Below, one piece after another: positions 54,482 to 64,000 of a stretch of DNA of 64,000 nt. A program made the translations under genes and the position numbers. Below the pieces are notes generated by a model. That model was not told where the DNA came from. It made no database searches and worked only from the letters and a program-made list of their open reading frames with translations. How positions within the stretch are numbered: position 1 is the stretch's first letter; the number at the start of each line of letters is the position of its first letter. The stretch is from Alphaproteobacteria bacterium (GTDB lineage Bacteria > Pseudomonadota > Alphaproteobacteria > Rickettsiales > UBA998), in assembly GCA_004292675.1 (NCBI GenBank), contig RDXO01000017.1, positions 17,099-81,098 of the forward strand, written 5' to 3'.

Positions 54482-55195
54482 ATGCAGCACGCCGCCATGA
54501 TACACCAGCTTGTCAAAGAATTTCCTGTAGGTGATGAAAGTATCCGCGTGCTACATGCCATTGATGCGGAGATTCGCATGGGGGAACTTACCATGTTGGT
54601 AGGGCCTTCGGGTTGTGGAAAAACCACGCTTATTTCAGCAATTTCAGGGATTTTATCCGCAACAAGCGGTGAAATTGATATTCTTGGTCATCGTTTAAGC
54701 AGCATGAGCGATAAACAAAAAGTGTTATTTCGTCGTGAATTGATTGGGTTTATTTTTCAGCAATATAATTTGCTTCCTGCACTCACGGCAGCAGAAAATG
54801 CGGCGATGCCCCTCATTGCAGCGGGGCTATCGCATAACGAAGCGGTGCGCCGTGCAACAGAGATTTTGCAACATATCGGGATGAACGGGCAGACGGAAAA
54901 ATTACCACGTCAGCTTTCAGGTGGGCAACAGCAGCGTGTGGCGATTGCACGTGCGTTGGTGCATAATCCGAAGCTGATTGTGTGTGATGAACCAACAGCA
55001 GCACTTGATGCTAAAACAGGTCATGCCGTGATGGAGATTTTACGCACCATTGCCAATGATACGCATCGTGCTGTGCTGATTGTCACCCATGATAATCGTA
55101 TTTATCCCTTTGCTGATCGCATTCTTGAGATGAGTGATGGGCGCATTATTGGTGATTATACGGCTGAGGCTTTTATGTTGAAGGAGAAATCATGA
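54482..55195 (+). CDS. ABC transporter ATP-binding protein (DevA/LolD-like)
   Basis: [27 protein letters not shown]. Confidence 0.93.
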   Translation: MQHAAMIHQLVKEFPVGDESIRVLHAIDAEIRMGELTMLVGPSGCGKTTLISAISGILSATSGEIDILGHRLSSMSDKQKVLFRRELIGFIFQQYNLLPALTAAENAAMPLIAAGLSHNEAVRRATEILQHIGMNGQTEKLPRQLSGGQQQRVAIARALVHNPKLIVCDEPTAALDAKTGHAVMEILRTIANDTHRAVLIVTHDNRIYPFADRILEMSDGRIIGDYTAEAFMLKEKS

Positions 55196-56103
55196 ACAAA
55201 CGTACCATTCTACCACGTTGGAAATTACCTTATATTGCCGTTCTCGGTAGCGTGTTTGCCCTTGCCTCCGTGCTTGGGCGCAGTGAACCTGAAGCCAAAA
55301 CTCCGCAGGTTGCACCGCCTCAAGCAGAATATAAACAAAGCATTGCAGGTATTGGCGTGATTGAGCCAAAAAGCGAGTTGGTGAGTATTGGCGTGGAACT
55401 TTCTGGTGTGGTGCGTAACGTGATGGTGCAAGTGGGTGACGTTGTGAAGAAAGGGGATGTACTCTTTCGTCTTGATGAGCGTGACATTGATGCACAGATT
55501 GAAACGCTTGAGAAAAGTTTGATTTCTGCAAAGATACAAGCAGCAGATGCAGCAGCGCAATATGCCACGGTGACGGGGCTTGATGATATGCGCGCTGTGG
55601 CGAAAGATGAGGTTAATCGTCGTCGTTATGCCAAGGAATTAGCCACTTCTCGCATTGAGGAAATCAAAGCGCAACTGAACCATGCACGCACCACCAAAGC
55701 GCGCTTGAGCGTCCGTGCGCCGATGGATGGTGAGGTGCTGGAAGTCAATGTCCGCCCTGGGGAATTTGCGAGTGCAGGCGCATTGCCGCAACCACTCATC
55801 CGTATGGGGGATGTAAGCACCGTGCATGTGCGTGTTGAGATTGATGAAGAATATGCCTCGCATATCGATGAGCATAGTAAGGCGCAAGCGATGCGGCGGG
55901 GCAATTCAGAGGAACGTCTACCACTCACGTTTGTACGGTTTGAGCCTTATATTAAGCCGAAGCAAAATCTGGCGGTAGCGAATCAAAGCGTGGATACGCG
56001 TGTGATGCAAGTGATTTATGCTTTGCCACAAGGGAGCGTGAAGATGTATATCGGGCAGCAGATGGATGTATTTATTGATCATAATGAAGCGGGGATGCCA
56101 TGA
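55192..56103 (+). CDS. Efflux periplasmic adaptor (HlyD/DevB-like)
   Basis: V.VGD.VKKGD.LF.LD, RAPMDGEVL.VNVRPGE, VDTRV.QVIY. Confidence 0.9.
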   Translation: MNKRTILPRWKLPYIAVLGSVFALASVLGRSEPEAKTPQVAPPQAEYKQSIAGIGVIEPKSELVSIGVELSGVVRNVMVQVGDVVKKGDVLFRLDERDIDAQIETLEKSLISAKIQAADAAAQYATVTGLDDMRAVAKDEVNRRRYAKELATSRIEEIKAQLNHARTTKARLSVRAPMDGEVLEVNVRPGEFASAGALPQPLIRMGDVSTVHVRVEIDEEYASHIDEHSKAQAMRRGNSEERLPLTFVRFEPYIKPKQNLAVANQSVDTRVMQVIYALPQGSVKMYIGQQMDVFIDHNEAGMP

Positions 56104-57472
56104 GATTTTTGTATCTAGCTATGTTATGCTCTAGTCTCACACTGCTTTCTTCTTGTGCGCCGTTTGAATCATTGATGACGCAGGATGAACCTGTGGAGGA
56201 ATCCACACCCATTATTCACAAAAATCGCTGGTGGCAAGCCTTTCATGATCCGTTGATGGATGCGCTCGCTGAGGAGATATTGGCACAAAATCTTGATATT
56301 AAAATCGCAAGCGCACGGGTGCGTGAGGCGCGTGCAGGTTTTGCTTTAGCTCAAGCATCGTTTCTTCCCGACATGAGTGCGAAAGGCACGGCATCCCGCA
56401 CGAATACGCCCATAGGTCTGGTGAAGCCTGCTTCCATTGCGCAAGGTGGTTTTGATGCAGCGTGGGAATGGGATTTGTTTGGTCAGATTGAGGCACAAGA
56501 AAATGCAGCGCAGCAACGCCTTAGTGCGAGTGAAGCGCGACGAGATGATGTGGTCAATAGCGTGATTGCAGAATTGATGCGTAGTATTGTGCAGAATTGA
56601 TGCGTAGTATTGTCAACCTCAGGCAGGCGCAACAAACACTCGAAGAAAGCCGTGCTTTGCTTGATATTCACGATACGCAGATTACCTTAATTGCTGCACG
56701 TGCTAAGGCAGGATTAATCGATCATACGCTACTTACCCGTGCGCAGGCGGAACGCGCACAAACGGCAACGCAGCTTCCTATTGCTCAGGCAATGCATGAT
56801 GGCGCGATCTATCAGATAGAGCAGCTTATGGGCGTGCCATCAGGGGCATTGCGCGAACGCATTGTAAGCACACAAGGCGAACTTGCCGTACCACCCGCTT
56901 CGGAAACAATCAACATCACACTTGAATCTATGCGTGATCGCCCCGATATTCGGTCTGCCCGCAGTGATATGTTAGCCGCAAAATCTGATCTTGCTAAAGC
57001 GGAAGCGGATCTGTGGCCGCGCATTAGCATTAAGAGCTTCTTCGGAGTACAAGAAGTTTCGGAAGGAGTACCTGTTGCCGCCAATCCCTTATGGTCGCTT
57101 TCAAGCGGTATCACCATGCCCATTTTGAATTTTGGTAGGTTGCATCGCGCCATTGATGCCGCCGATGCCCGCGCACAGAGTGCTATTGCGGGGTATGAAC
57201 GTGCAAGCCTTATCGCTCTCGCGGAGACGAATACCGCACTAAGTGATTATTTGACAGGTATCAATGCATTGGAACATCAAGAAGATGCATTTGCGCTTCG
57301 CACGCACACCGTGCAGCTTGCAACCACGCGCTATGATCGTGGGTTTACGGATATGACGGATCTGACAACGGCACAAAGTGAACTGAATCAGGCAACCTTA
57401 TCGCTGATTGCGCGCAAAGCAACTGTGGCTTATGCGTATATTCGCTTGCACAAGGCGCTTGGTGTTTTATAG
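56100..57472 (+). pseudogene. TolC/NodT-family outer membrane factor lipoprotein frameshifted by a 23-bp tandem duplication
   Basis: Two ORFs (56100..56600, 56597..57472) carry the two halves (WW..F.D..., WEWDLFG; RPDI, P.LNFG); removing one repeat copy gives a single 449-aa ORF. Confidence 0.85.
56568..56613. repeat. Perfect 23-bp tandem duplication GCAGAATTGATGCGTAGTATTGT
   Basis: Copies at 56568-56590 and 56591-56613. Confidence 0.97.
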
Positions 57473-57484
57473 TCGTCAAACGCG

Positions 57485-58822
57485 CTAGGGTGTAATCTGC
57501 ACAAGTACATGCTTCTTTTTGCCCACGGAAATCTTTAATGGCGCATGATCAATCTGCGTGATGAGGTCAATCGTTGCGGTTTCTTGCGTGATCACTATAT
57601 CATTGATACGCACGCCCCCCCCTTTGATTAATCGTCGTGCTTCGCTGCTGCTCGCTGCAAGCCCTGCGCGGTGCAGAAGCGTGAAATAGGGGAGTATGTG
57701 CGCCTGTTCCAATGATGCTAATGATAATGCGACTGTAGGCGTGTGCGCATCGGTCGTGCCTTGTTCAAAGAGTGCGCGTGCGGTAGCTTCGGCGGTTTGT
57801 GCCGCGTCGCGTCCGTGTAATAAGGCGGTGACTTCTGTTGCTAAGCGTTTTTTCGCTTCATTGATAGCAGCACCCTCAGATTGTTCTAGGGCATGTATGT
57901 CTGCAAGAGGTAGGGTAGTAAAGAGTCGCAAGAAACGTCCCACATCCGCATCATCAACATTGCGCCAAAATTGCCAATAATCATAGGGGCTTAGCAGTTC
58001 CGCATTGAGCCAAATTGCTCCATCAGCGGTTTTACCCATTTTTGCCCCTGATGCGGTGGTGAGTAGGGGGGTAGTGAGTCCAAACAGGTTTATTGCTTCA
58101 TTTATCGGTGCGCCATCGGCTGCGATCAAGCGACGATGCAAATCTACTCCTTGCGTGATATTGCCCCATTGATCCGACCCGCCCATTTGCAAGCGGCATC
58201 CATGGCGTTGATAGAGTTCAGCAAAATCATAGGCTTGCAGAATCATGTAATTAAATTCTAAGAAGCTCAATTCTTGTTCGCGTTCAACGCGTTGGCGCAC
58301 ACTATCCATGGTCAACATGCGATTAATCGAAAAATGCCGTCCGACATCACGTAAAAATGCGATATAGTTTAAGGATAAAAGCCAATCGGCATTATCCACC
58401 ATCACGGCATCATGCGCCTTATCCCCGAAGGTGAGATAATGGGTAAAGACGTGATGAATCCCCTTTTTATTCGCCTCAATGGTGGCATCATTCAAGATTG
58501 CGCGTGTTTTATCCTTGCCTGAAGGATCACCAACGCGTGTTGTGCCACTGCCCATGAGTACGACAGGTTTATGCCCTGCTTGCTGAAAATGATGCAGGAT
58601 CATAATCTGAATTAGGCTTCCCACATGCAAACTTGCAGCCGTACAATCAAAACCTATATATGCCGTGCGGGGCGTATGCGTGCGCTCTCCCTCAGTAAGC
58701 CATGCATCCAAATTGTGCCAATCGGTGCATTGATGCACAAAGCCACGTTCAAGCAGAGTGCGAAGAAAAAGTGAGTTTGGCGTGGGGTAGTGCATAAAAA
58801 TCCTTGGAAATAAACAGTGCAT
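57485..58822 (-). CDS. tyrS: Tyrosine--tRNA ligase
   Basis: [46 protein letters not shown]4-like tail; true start possibly 58795. Confidence 0.97.
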   Translation of the reverse strand: MHCLFPRIFMHYPTPNSLFLRTLLERGFVHQCTDWHNLDAWLTEGERTHTPRTAYIGFDCTAASLHVGSLIQIMILHHFQQAGHKPVVLMGSGTTRVGDPSGKDKTRAILNDATIEANKKGIHHVFTHYLTFGDKAHDAVMVDNADWLLSLNYIAFLRDVGRHFSINRMLTMDSVRQRVEREQELSFLEFNYMILQAYDFAELYQRHGCRLQMGGSDQWGNITQGVDLHRRLIAADGAPINEAINLFGLTTPLLTTASGAKMGKTADGAIWLNAELLSPYDYWQFWRNVDDADVGRFLRLFTTLPLADIHALEQSEGAAINEAKKRLATEVTALLHGRDAAQTAEATARALFEQGTTDAHTPTVALSLASLEQAHILPYFTLLHRAGLAASSSEARRLIKGGGVRINDIVITQETATIDLITQIDHAPLKISVGKKKHVLVQITP

Positions 58823-58838
58823 TCTTTATAGAGAGAAG

Positions 58839-59918
58839 ATGGAAAAAAGCAAGCATCCTCATCACATTCGCGCTTTGGGTATTATGAGTGGAACGTCACT
58901 CGATGCCATTGATTGCGCGCTCATCACCACGGATGGCATCAGCATCAGTGATTTTGGTGCGTGGGATATGTTCGTGATTGCGGAGGAGCTGCGGGAGCGT
59001 CTGTTCGGACTCATGCAGGGCAGAGGAGATGCGTTACTTATTGAACAGGATTATACGCGAGCAGTTGGGCAGGCTGTGCAGCAGTTTCTTGCGCGTCATC
59101 AGATTGATGTGCGTACCCTCGATGTGATTGGCTTTCATGGTCAAACGATTGTGCATCGTCCGCATGAGGGGATGACATGGCAGTTAGGCAACCCCTCTTT
59201 GCTTGCTGAGATGGTGGGATGTGCGGTGGTAGCAGATTTTCGCCGTCGTGATATGGCAGCAGGGGGACAGGGTGCGCCCCTTGTGCCGCTCTATCATGCC
59301 GCTTTAGCGCATCATCATCCTAAGCCATGTGCCTTTATTAATATCGGCGGGATCGCTAATATCACCTACATGCATGAGGATGTGATTTATGCGTGGGATG
59401 TTGGGATGGGCAATGCCCTCATTAATGATTGGATGATGCAGCATACCGATTATGCCTATGATCATGAGGGTGCATGTGCGGCACAAGGCACGGTTGATGA
59501 ACAACGTATTGCGGAAGTTTTAGCGCATCCATTTTTTGCAGCACCACCACCTAAATCATTGGATCGTTATAGTTTTACAGCGGAGTTTGTGCAAGATATG
59601 TCCCTACATGATGGCGCAGCAACGCTGAGTGCCTTCACTGCCGAAGGCGTGGCGCGTACCTTGCAATGGATGCCACAACGACCAAAGGCATGGTGGATCG
59701 GTGGAGGCGGGCGATTGAATCATTGCGTGATGCAGATGATTGCTGAACGCACACAGATTCCTGCGTACCCCGTGGAACATTATGGTTGGCGTGGCGATGC
59801 CTTAGAGGCAGAGGCGTTTGCGTTTCTTGCAGCACGCAGTTTTTTTGGGCTTCCGATTAGTTTACCTACCACGACAGGGGTTGCCCATCCATGTGTGGGT
59901 GGCGGGTTGTATCGCTGA
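58839..59918 (+). CDS. anmK: Anhydro-N-acetylmuramic acid kinase
   Basis: GIMSGTSLD.ID, GFHGQT, DFRRRD.AAGGQGAPLVP, NIGGIAN, EA.AFA.LA. Confidence 0.95.
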   Translation: MEKSKHPHHIRALGIMSGTSLDAIDCALITTDGISISDFGAWDMFVIAEELRERLFGLMQGRGDALLIEQDYTRAVGQAVQQFLARHQIDVRTLDVIGFHGQTIVHRPHEGMTWQLGNPSLLAEMVGCAVVADFRRRDMAAGGQGAPLVPLYHAALAHHHPKPCAFINIGGIANITYMHEDVIYAWDVGMGNALINDWMMQHTDYAYDHEGACAAQGTVDEQRIAEVLAHPFFAAPPPKSLDRYSFTAEFVQDMSLHDGAATLSAFTAEGVARTLQWMPQRPKAWWIGGGGRLNHCVMQMIAERTQIPAYPVEHYGWRGDALEAEAFAFLAARSFFGLPISLPTTTGVAHPCVGGGLYR

Positions 59919-59934
59919 TCGTGGTCTCTATCTA

Positions 59935-60750
59935 TCACTGAGATTTAATGAAAAGTTGACGATGCTCAGGGTGACTGACGAGCATCGTAAGAGCAGGGGG
60001 AACGGTTTCGGCACTCCCCAAGAATAAATACCCCCCCGGATTAAGCACTTCATTCAGATACATTAGAGCTTTTTGCTTGGTGGGAGGGTCAAAATAAATG
60101 AGGACATTACGGCAAAAAATAATATCAAACATGCCATGCGGACGCGCACTATTGAGTAGATTATGCTGCTTGAACGTCACCATTTTTTTAATATTATCTT
60201 TAATTTTCCAGCGTTGTTCAGGCATTTGTGAGAAATGTTTAATCAGCATGGGCATGGGCAAGCCACGTTGTACCTCAAACTGATTATAGATACCATCCTC
60301 CGCTTTTTTGAGGATTTGCTGATCAATATCACTAGCGAGAATGGATGCCCCCATCGATCCAACCCCCATGCGTTGTTCTTCCATCGTCATCGCAATAGAA
60401 TAAGGTTCTTGTCCGCTTGAACATGCCGCGCACCAAATCGAGAGCGGGCGCGTGATGCCTCGTGTTTTGAAATCATGCAACACAACATCTTTGAGATACT
60501 GAAAGGGCTTGGTATCACGAAAAAATAAGGATTCATTGGTGGTCATTGCCTCAACAATTTCCTGCACCAAGAGGTTCGATGGTTTGCTTCGCATGATCGA
60601 GCCTACAAAGGCAGATAAATCCTTATGTCCTCCTTTGGAGGCAATAGGCATCAAGCGCGATTCTAGGAGATAGACCTTATCTTCTGTCAAGTCGATCCCC
60701 GAATTCGTTTTGACGAGATTACGAATAAAAGCAAATTCTTGAGCTTGCAT
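59935..60750 (-). CDS. cheR: Chemotaxis protein methyltransferase
   Basis: TTNESLFFRD, WCAACSSGQEPYS, FDIIFCRNVLIYFD; ATG 60750 overlaps the cheB TAA. Confidence 0.95.
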   Translation of the reverse strand: MQAQEFAFIRNLVKTNSGIDLTEDKVYLLESRLMPIASKGGHKDLSAFVGSIMRSKPSNLLVQEIVEAMTTNESLFFRDTKPFQYLKDVVLHDFKTRGITRPLSIWCAACSSGQEPYSIAMTMEEQRMGVGSMGASILASDIDQQILKKAEDGIYNQFEVQRGLPMPMLIKHFSQMPEQRWKIKDNIKKMVTFKQHNLLNSARPHGMFDIIFCRNVLIYFDPPTKQKALMYLNEVLNPGGYLFLGSAETVPPALTMLVSHPEHRQLFIKSQ

Positions 60751-61838
60751 TATTTGCCTCCCTCGCATAAACGTTTTATCTTTGAGCTTATATCTTTTAA
60801 TGGTAAGATGTGATGTGCGATGCCTGCCTGAACTACTGCTTTGGGCATACCCCATACCACAGAGCTATCTTGATCTTGCGCAATGATGGTGCATCCTACT
60901 TGATGGGCGAGTTGCGCGCCTTTTAATCCATCATGCCCCATGCCTGTGAGTACGACCAATAGCAAGTGATGCCCATAACTTTCCACAAGAGATTCAATCA
61001 TAGGATCAGCGGCAGGACGACAAAAATTGACCATCTCCCCTTGATCAAGATGAATGCGTATACCCTCGCGTTGTTTGCTGACACGCATATGGTAATCTCC
61101 CGGTGCAATATAGGTGAGACCTTCGCGCACTAATTCCCCATCGGCACCTTCTTTGCAGGGTTTGCCACTGAGAGAACCTAGATTATTTGCTAAAATCACC
61201 GTGAATGCTCGCGGCATATGTTGGGTGATAAAAATAGGAATATGTGTTAGTGAGTTTTTTAGATCCTCAAATACGGTGGCTAAGGCCTGAGGCCCGCCCG
61301 TGGACGATGCGATAGCAACCGCATGAATGGGCGTTCCTGCGGGCTTGGTGCGTGCAGTTGCCGTGTGCGTAGAGGGGGTGGTATTGGTTCGTGGTGCGAC
61401 GCGCAATGGCGTAAGATCGGTAGGAGTTCCATATTCAGGATAAAGATCGTGAATTATGTGAATCAGCTCCCTAGAAAAACGATCCATTTCACCCGCTTCC
61501 CCCGATGCAGGTTTTTGTACATAGGTTGTCGCACCAAGAGCCAGTACTTTTTTACCAATGTCTGAATCTTTTTTAGTGAGAGTCGATGCCATAATCACTT
61601 TGGTGTTGGGGCTGCAACGAACAATTTCAGGAAGTGCGCTTAAGCCATCCTTATTCGGCATTTCAATATCAAGGATCATAATATCAGGCTTATGTTGCTT
61701 GGCATGTTCAATAGCGACAACACCATCGGTTGCAGCACTCACCACCTGCAGATGGTCATGAGACTGCAACAAACGTGTGACGATGCCACGTATGATGCTT
61801 GAATCATCAGCAATGCAAATGCGTAATGTTTTGGTCAT
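60750..61838 (-). CDS. cheB: Chemotaxis response regulator protein-glutamate methylesterase
   Basis: REC domain (LDIEMP) plus SSTGGP, QHMP, GMGHDG catalytic motifs. Confidence 0.95.
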   Translation of the reverse strand: MTKTLRICIADDSSIIRGIVTRLLQSHDHLQVVSAATDGVVAIEHAKQHKPDIMILDIEMPNKDGLSALPEIVRCSPNTKVIMASTLTKKDSDIGKKVLALGATTYVQKPASGEAGEMDRFSRELIHIIHDLYPEYGTPTDLTPLRVAPRTNTTPSTHTATARTKPAGTPIHAVAIASSTGGPQALATVFEDLKNSLTHIPIFITQHMPRAFTVILANNLGSLSGKPCKEGADGELVREGLTYIAPGDYHMRVSKQREGIRIHLDQGEMVNFCRPAADPMIESLVESYGHHLLLVVLTGMGHDGLKGAQLAHQVGCTIIAQDQDSSVVWGMPKAVVQAGIAHHILPLKDISSKIKRLCEGGK

Positions 61839-62203
61839 GCTAAACCCAGCATTTCGAGTTTTCCGATGAGAATCTCTTTATCGAATGGTTTCATCACATA
61901 TTCATTCGCACCTGCCATAAGGGCGTTTTGAATATAATCAAATGAGTTTTCTGTGGTGCAGAAAATGACGTTTGGCGTATCTCCTCCTTCAGGAACGCTA
62001 CGTAACCAACGTAAAAAATCGATACCATTCATGTTGGGCATATTCCAATCAAGCATGATTAAATCAGGCATACCATGTTCATTAATCCATGTTTGGGCGC
62101 ATGTACCATCTTCTGCTTCATCTACGGTAAATCCGAGAGGTTCTAAAAAACCCCGAGTGATTTTTCGTACTACTTTTGAGTCATCGACAATTAAGCAACG
62201 CAT
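61835..62203 (-). CDS. cheY: Chemotaxis response regulator
   Basis: VDDS, LDWNMP, FCTTE, MKPF; within the che operon. Confidence 0.92.
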   Translation of the reverse strand: MRCLIVDDSKVVRKITRGFLEPLGFTVDEAEDGTCAQTWINEHGMPDLIMLDWNMPNMNGIDFLRWLRSVPEGGDTPNVIFCTTENSFDYIQNALMAGANEYVMKPFDKEILIGKLEMLGLA

Positions 62204-62261
62204 CTTATGTTCTCCTGCGTTATCAACTATAACGCGATTTCTTCAAGAATAAGTTAGTTTT

Positions 62262-62744
62262 TTATTGAAAATTTAGCAACGCGGTAATATCAAACAGCAC
62301 TAATAATTCTGATTCTAATTTTGTTACACCTGCGGCAAGTTCTCGCCATGATGCCTGAATGTTCACAGGTACTTTATCAATTTCATGGCTACTCAGTGAA
62401 AGTACATCCCCCACGGAATCAACCAACAAACTATAGAGTTCATCATTATAGTCAATGACGACATGCATCGGGCGCGCACCTGTATCGCTACGTTCGGATA
62501 TGCCCAAGCGACGACGCATATTGATCACTGTCACGATACGTCCACGAAGATTTAATGCACCTTCAATGACGCTTGGTGCTAGGGGAATGCGTGCAATCTG
62601 TTGCCCGCGCACAACGTCTTGCACCACCATCACCGAAGCACCAAATAATTGCCCGCCCACACGCATCGTCACAAAACTTTGCGGCGGGGATTGCTTCACA
62701 GCGGCATCAGTGCCTTTTTTTAGTAACTGAACGGCGTTGCTCAT
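62262..62744 (-). CDS. cheW: Chemotaxis adaptor
   Basis: IPLAP..IEG.LNLRGRIVTVI, LLVDSVGDV. Confidence 0.93.
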   Translation of the reverse strand: MSNAVQLLKKGTDAAVKQSPPQSFVTMRVGGQLFGASVMVVQDVVRGQQIARIPLAPSVIEGALNLRGRIVTVINMRRRLGISERSDTGARPMHVVIDYNDELYSLLVDSVGDVLSLSSHEIDKVPVNIQASWRELAAGVTKLESELLVLFDITALLNFQ

Positions 62745-62760
62745 AGTTAGGTTCTCCTTC

Positions 62761-64000
62761 TCAATGATAATTATCGGCAGTTTCTGGATTCACGGCACTC
62801 ATGATTTTGTGAATCAGTTTTTCACGTTCCGTTTTCATCACATAGCCATTCATTCCACATTGATTGACTTTATCCTCGATTGTTTGGTTGGTCGTGGAGG
62901 TATAAGCAAAAATTGGAATGGCGTTAAACTCAGGTTTTGCACGAATTGCTTGCGATAGTTCAAATCCATCCATTAATGGCATTTCAATATCAGTGACAAT
63001 CACATCAAATTCTTGTTTGCCAAGAACAAGCAAGGCATCCCTGCCGCTTGGTACGGCGGTTACTTCCAAGCCAACTTCGGCTAAGAAGGGGACGGTGAGA
63101 TTGCGGAAGAACATGCTATCTTCGACGAGTAGCACGCGAGGCATACGCGTCGCACCGTTGGTAAGGTCTCTGAAATTAATATCGCACCCAAGGGCATTGC
63201 TGAGTAGATAGCCTACGTCAAGAATATCCGTTGATGCCCCTTTAATCACGATCGTGCCAAGGTAGTTAGGATCACGGGATGTGCGTTTTACCTCTGCTTC
63301 GGCTAAGACAATATCTAAAATTTCGCTCACGACCAAGCCAACAACCTTGCCATCATAGTTGAATACGATAACCTCACATAAACCTTCTTCAGGGATAGTT
63401 TGATCAGGCAGGGTGGAGAGTGACATCAATTCCCCGCGATACTGCACCACAGGTTCACCATTGGAATATTCGATATTCTCAACTTTAATATCTTCAAGGC
63501 GTGATACCAATTCCAATGCCACAGCTTTAGGCGTTTTTCCTTCGGTTTTGAACAGTAGGAAATTAATCAGCTTATCTGTATTAAGTGGCATCGATGCATC
63601 AGACCGTTGCGGCGTTTGGGATTCCAGCTCCGTTTCTGTGGTTTTTGATAGACCATTAGGATCAAGAATCATGATCACGCCACCATCGCCCAGTACTGTA
63701 TTTCCTGAATAGATGGGGATGTTTTGCAGACAGCTTGATACGGGTTTTACAACGATTTCTTCGGTGTCATGAATGCCATCGACAATCAAACCAAACTCGC
63801 TTCCTCCGACACGGCAGACCACCACAAAGGATTCATCCTCACAATTAATGGGCTTGCCTTCATCAATGCGCAACGTGTACGCTAGAGAAATGAGCGGTAA
63901 TAATTTTCCACGTAAGCGCAATACAGGAGAACGATTGATCATCTCCATCTTATTGCCACTTTCATCACCTGTTTTCACCATCTCTAGCACGTTAATTTGC
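62761..64000 (-). CDS. cheA: Hybrid chemotaxis histidine kinase, C-terminal part (CheW-CheW-REC); 5' end outside the window
   Basis: LRLRGKLLPL, DTEEIVVKP, GNTVLGDG.V.MILD, second CheW domain, REC TDIEMP; frame open to the window edge. Confidence 0.9.
   Translation of the reverse strand, partial: QINVLEMVKTGDESGNKMEMINRSPVLRLRGKLLPLISLAYTLRIDEGKPINCEDESFVVVCRVGGSEFGLIVDGIHDTEEIVVKPVSSCLQNIPIYSGNTVLGDGGVIMILDPNGLSKTTETELESQTPQRSDASMPLNTDKLINFLLFKTEGKTPKAVALELVSRLEDIKVENIEYSNGEPVVQYRGELMSLSTLPDQTIPEEGLCEVIVFNYDGKVVGLVVSEILDIVLAEAEVKRTSRDPNYLGTIVIKGASTDILDVGYLLSNALGCDINFRDLTNGATRMPRVLLVEDSMFFRNLTVPFLAEVGLEVTAVPSGRDALLVLGKQEFDVIVTDIEMPLMDGFELSQAIRAKPEFNAIPIFAYTSTTNQTIEDKVNQCGMNGYVMKTEREKLIHKIMSAVNPETADNYH

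Noticed and set aside
1-64000. tRNA, rRNA, riboswitch, prophage, integrase/transposase or defence-system genes
   Set aside because: None recognised by eye; tRNAscan-SE, Rfam and DefenseFinder searches would be needed to exclude them formally.

Overview
Gene-dense chromosomal segment of an alphaproteobacterium. By inference it is a free-living or facultatively host/prey-associated relative of the Rickettsiales: it has DUF2610, ELM1, MidA and NDUFAF5-like genes together with argB, ribB, nadD, malate synthase A, icd, anmK and a cheA-W-Y-B-R operon. Housekeeping and envelope genes (BepA, parvulin, MlaE/F, PBP1A, YhdP-like, pssA/psd, tyrS, fabG, trmB, two tripartite exporters) are interspersed with about ten orphan, low-complexity ORFs lacking obvious signal peptides. 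The most notable pattern is that most of these orphans are preceded by a PhoB-box-like 11-bp-period direct repeat. In four cases the repeat sits exactly 10 nt upstream of a -10-like hexamer. Several orphans also end in similar Pro-x-Thr-Pro plus basic tails, and one carries an L,D-transpeptidase-like catalytic motif. Together this suggests a dispersed, co-regulated effector repertoire. Other oddities: a Ser-to-Cys phosphatidylserine decarboxylase paralog, a TolC split by a 23-bp tandem duplication, an in-frame internal RBS/ATG gene fusion, a Cle-like CheY fused to a His-less Hpt-like domain, and several families of non-autonomous palindromic elements. No rRNA, tRNA, CRISPR array or transposase was recognised. 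All family assignments are by eye, with no database searches.
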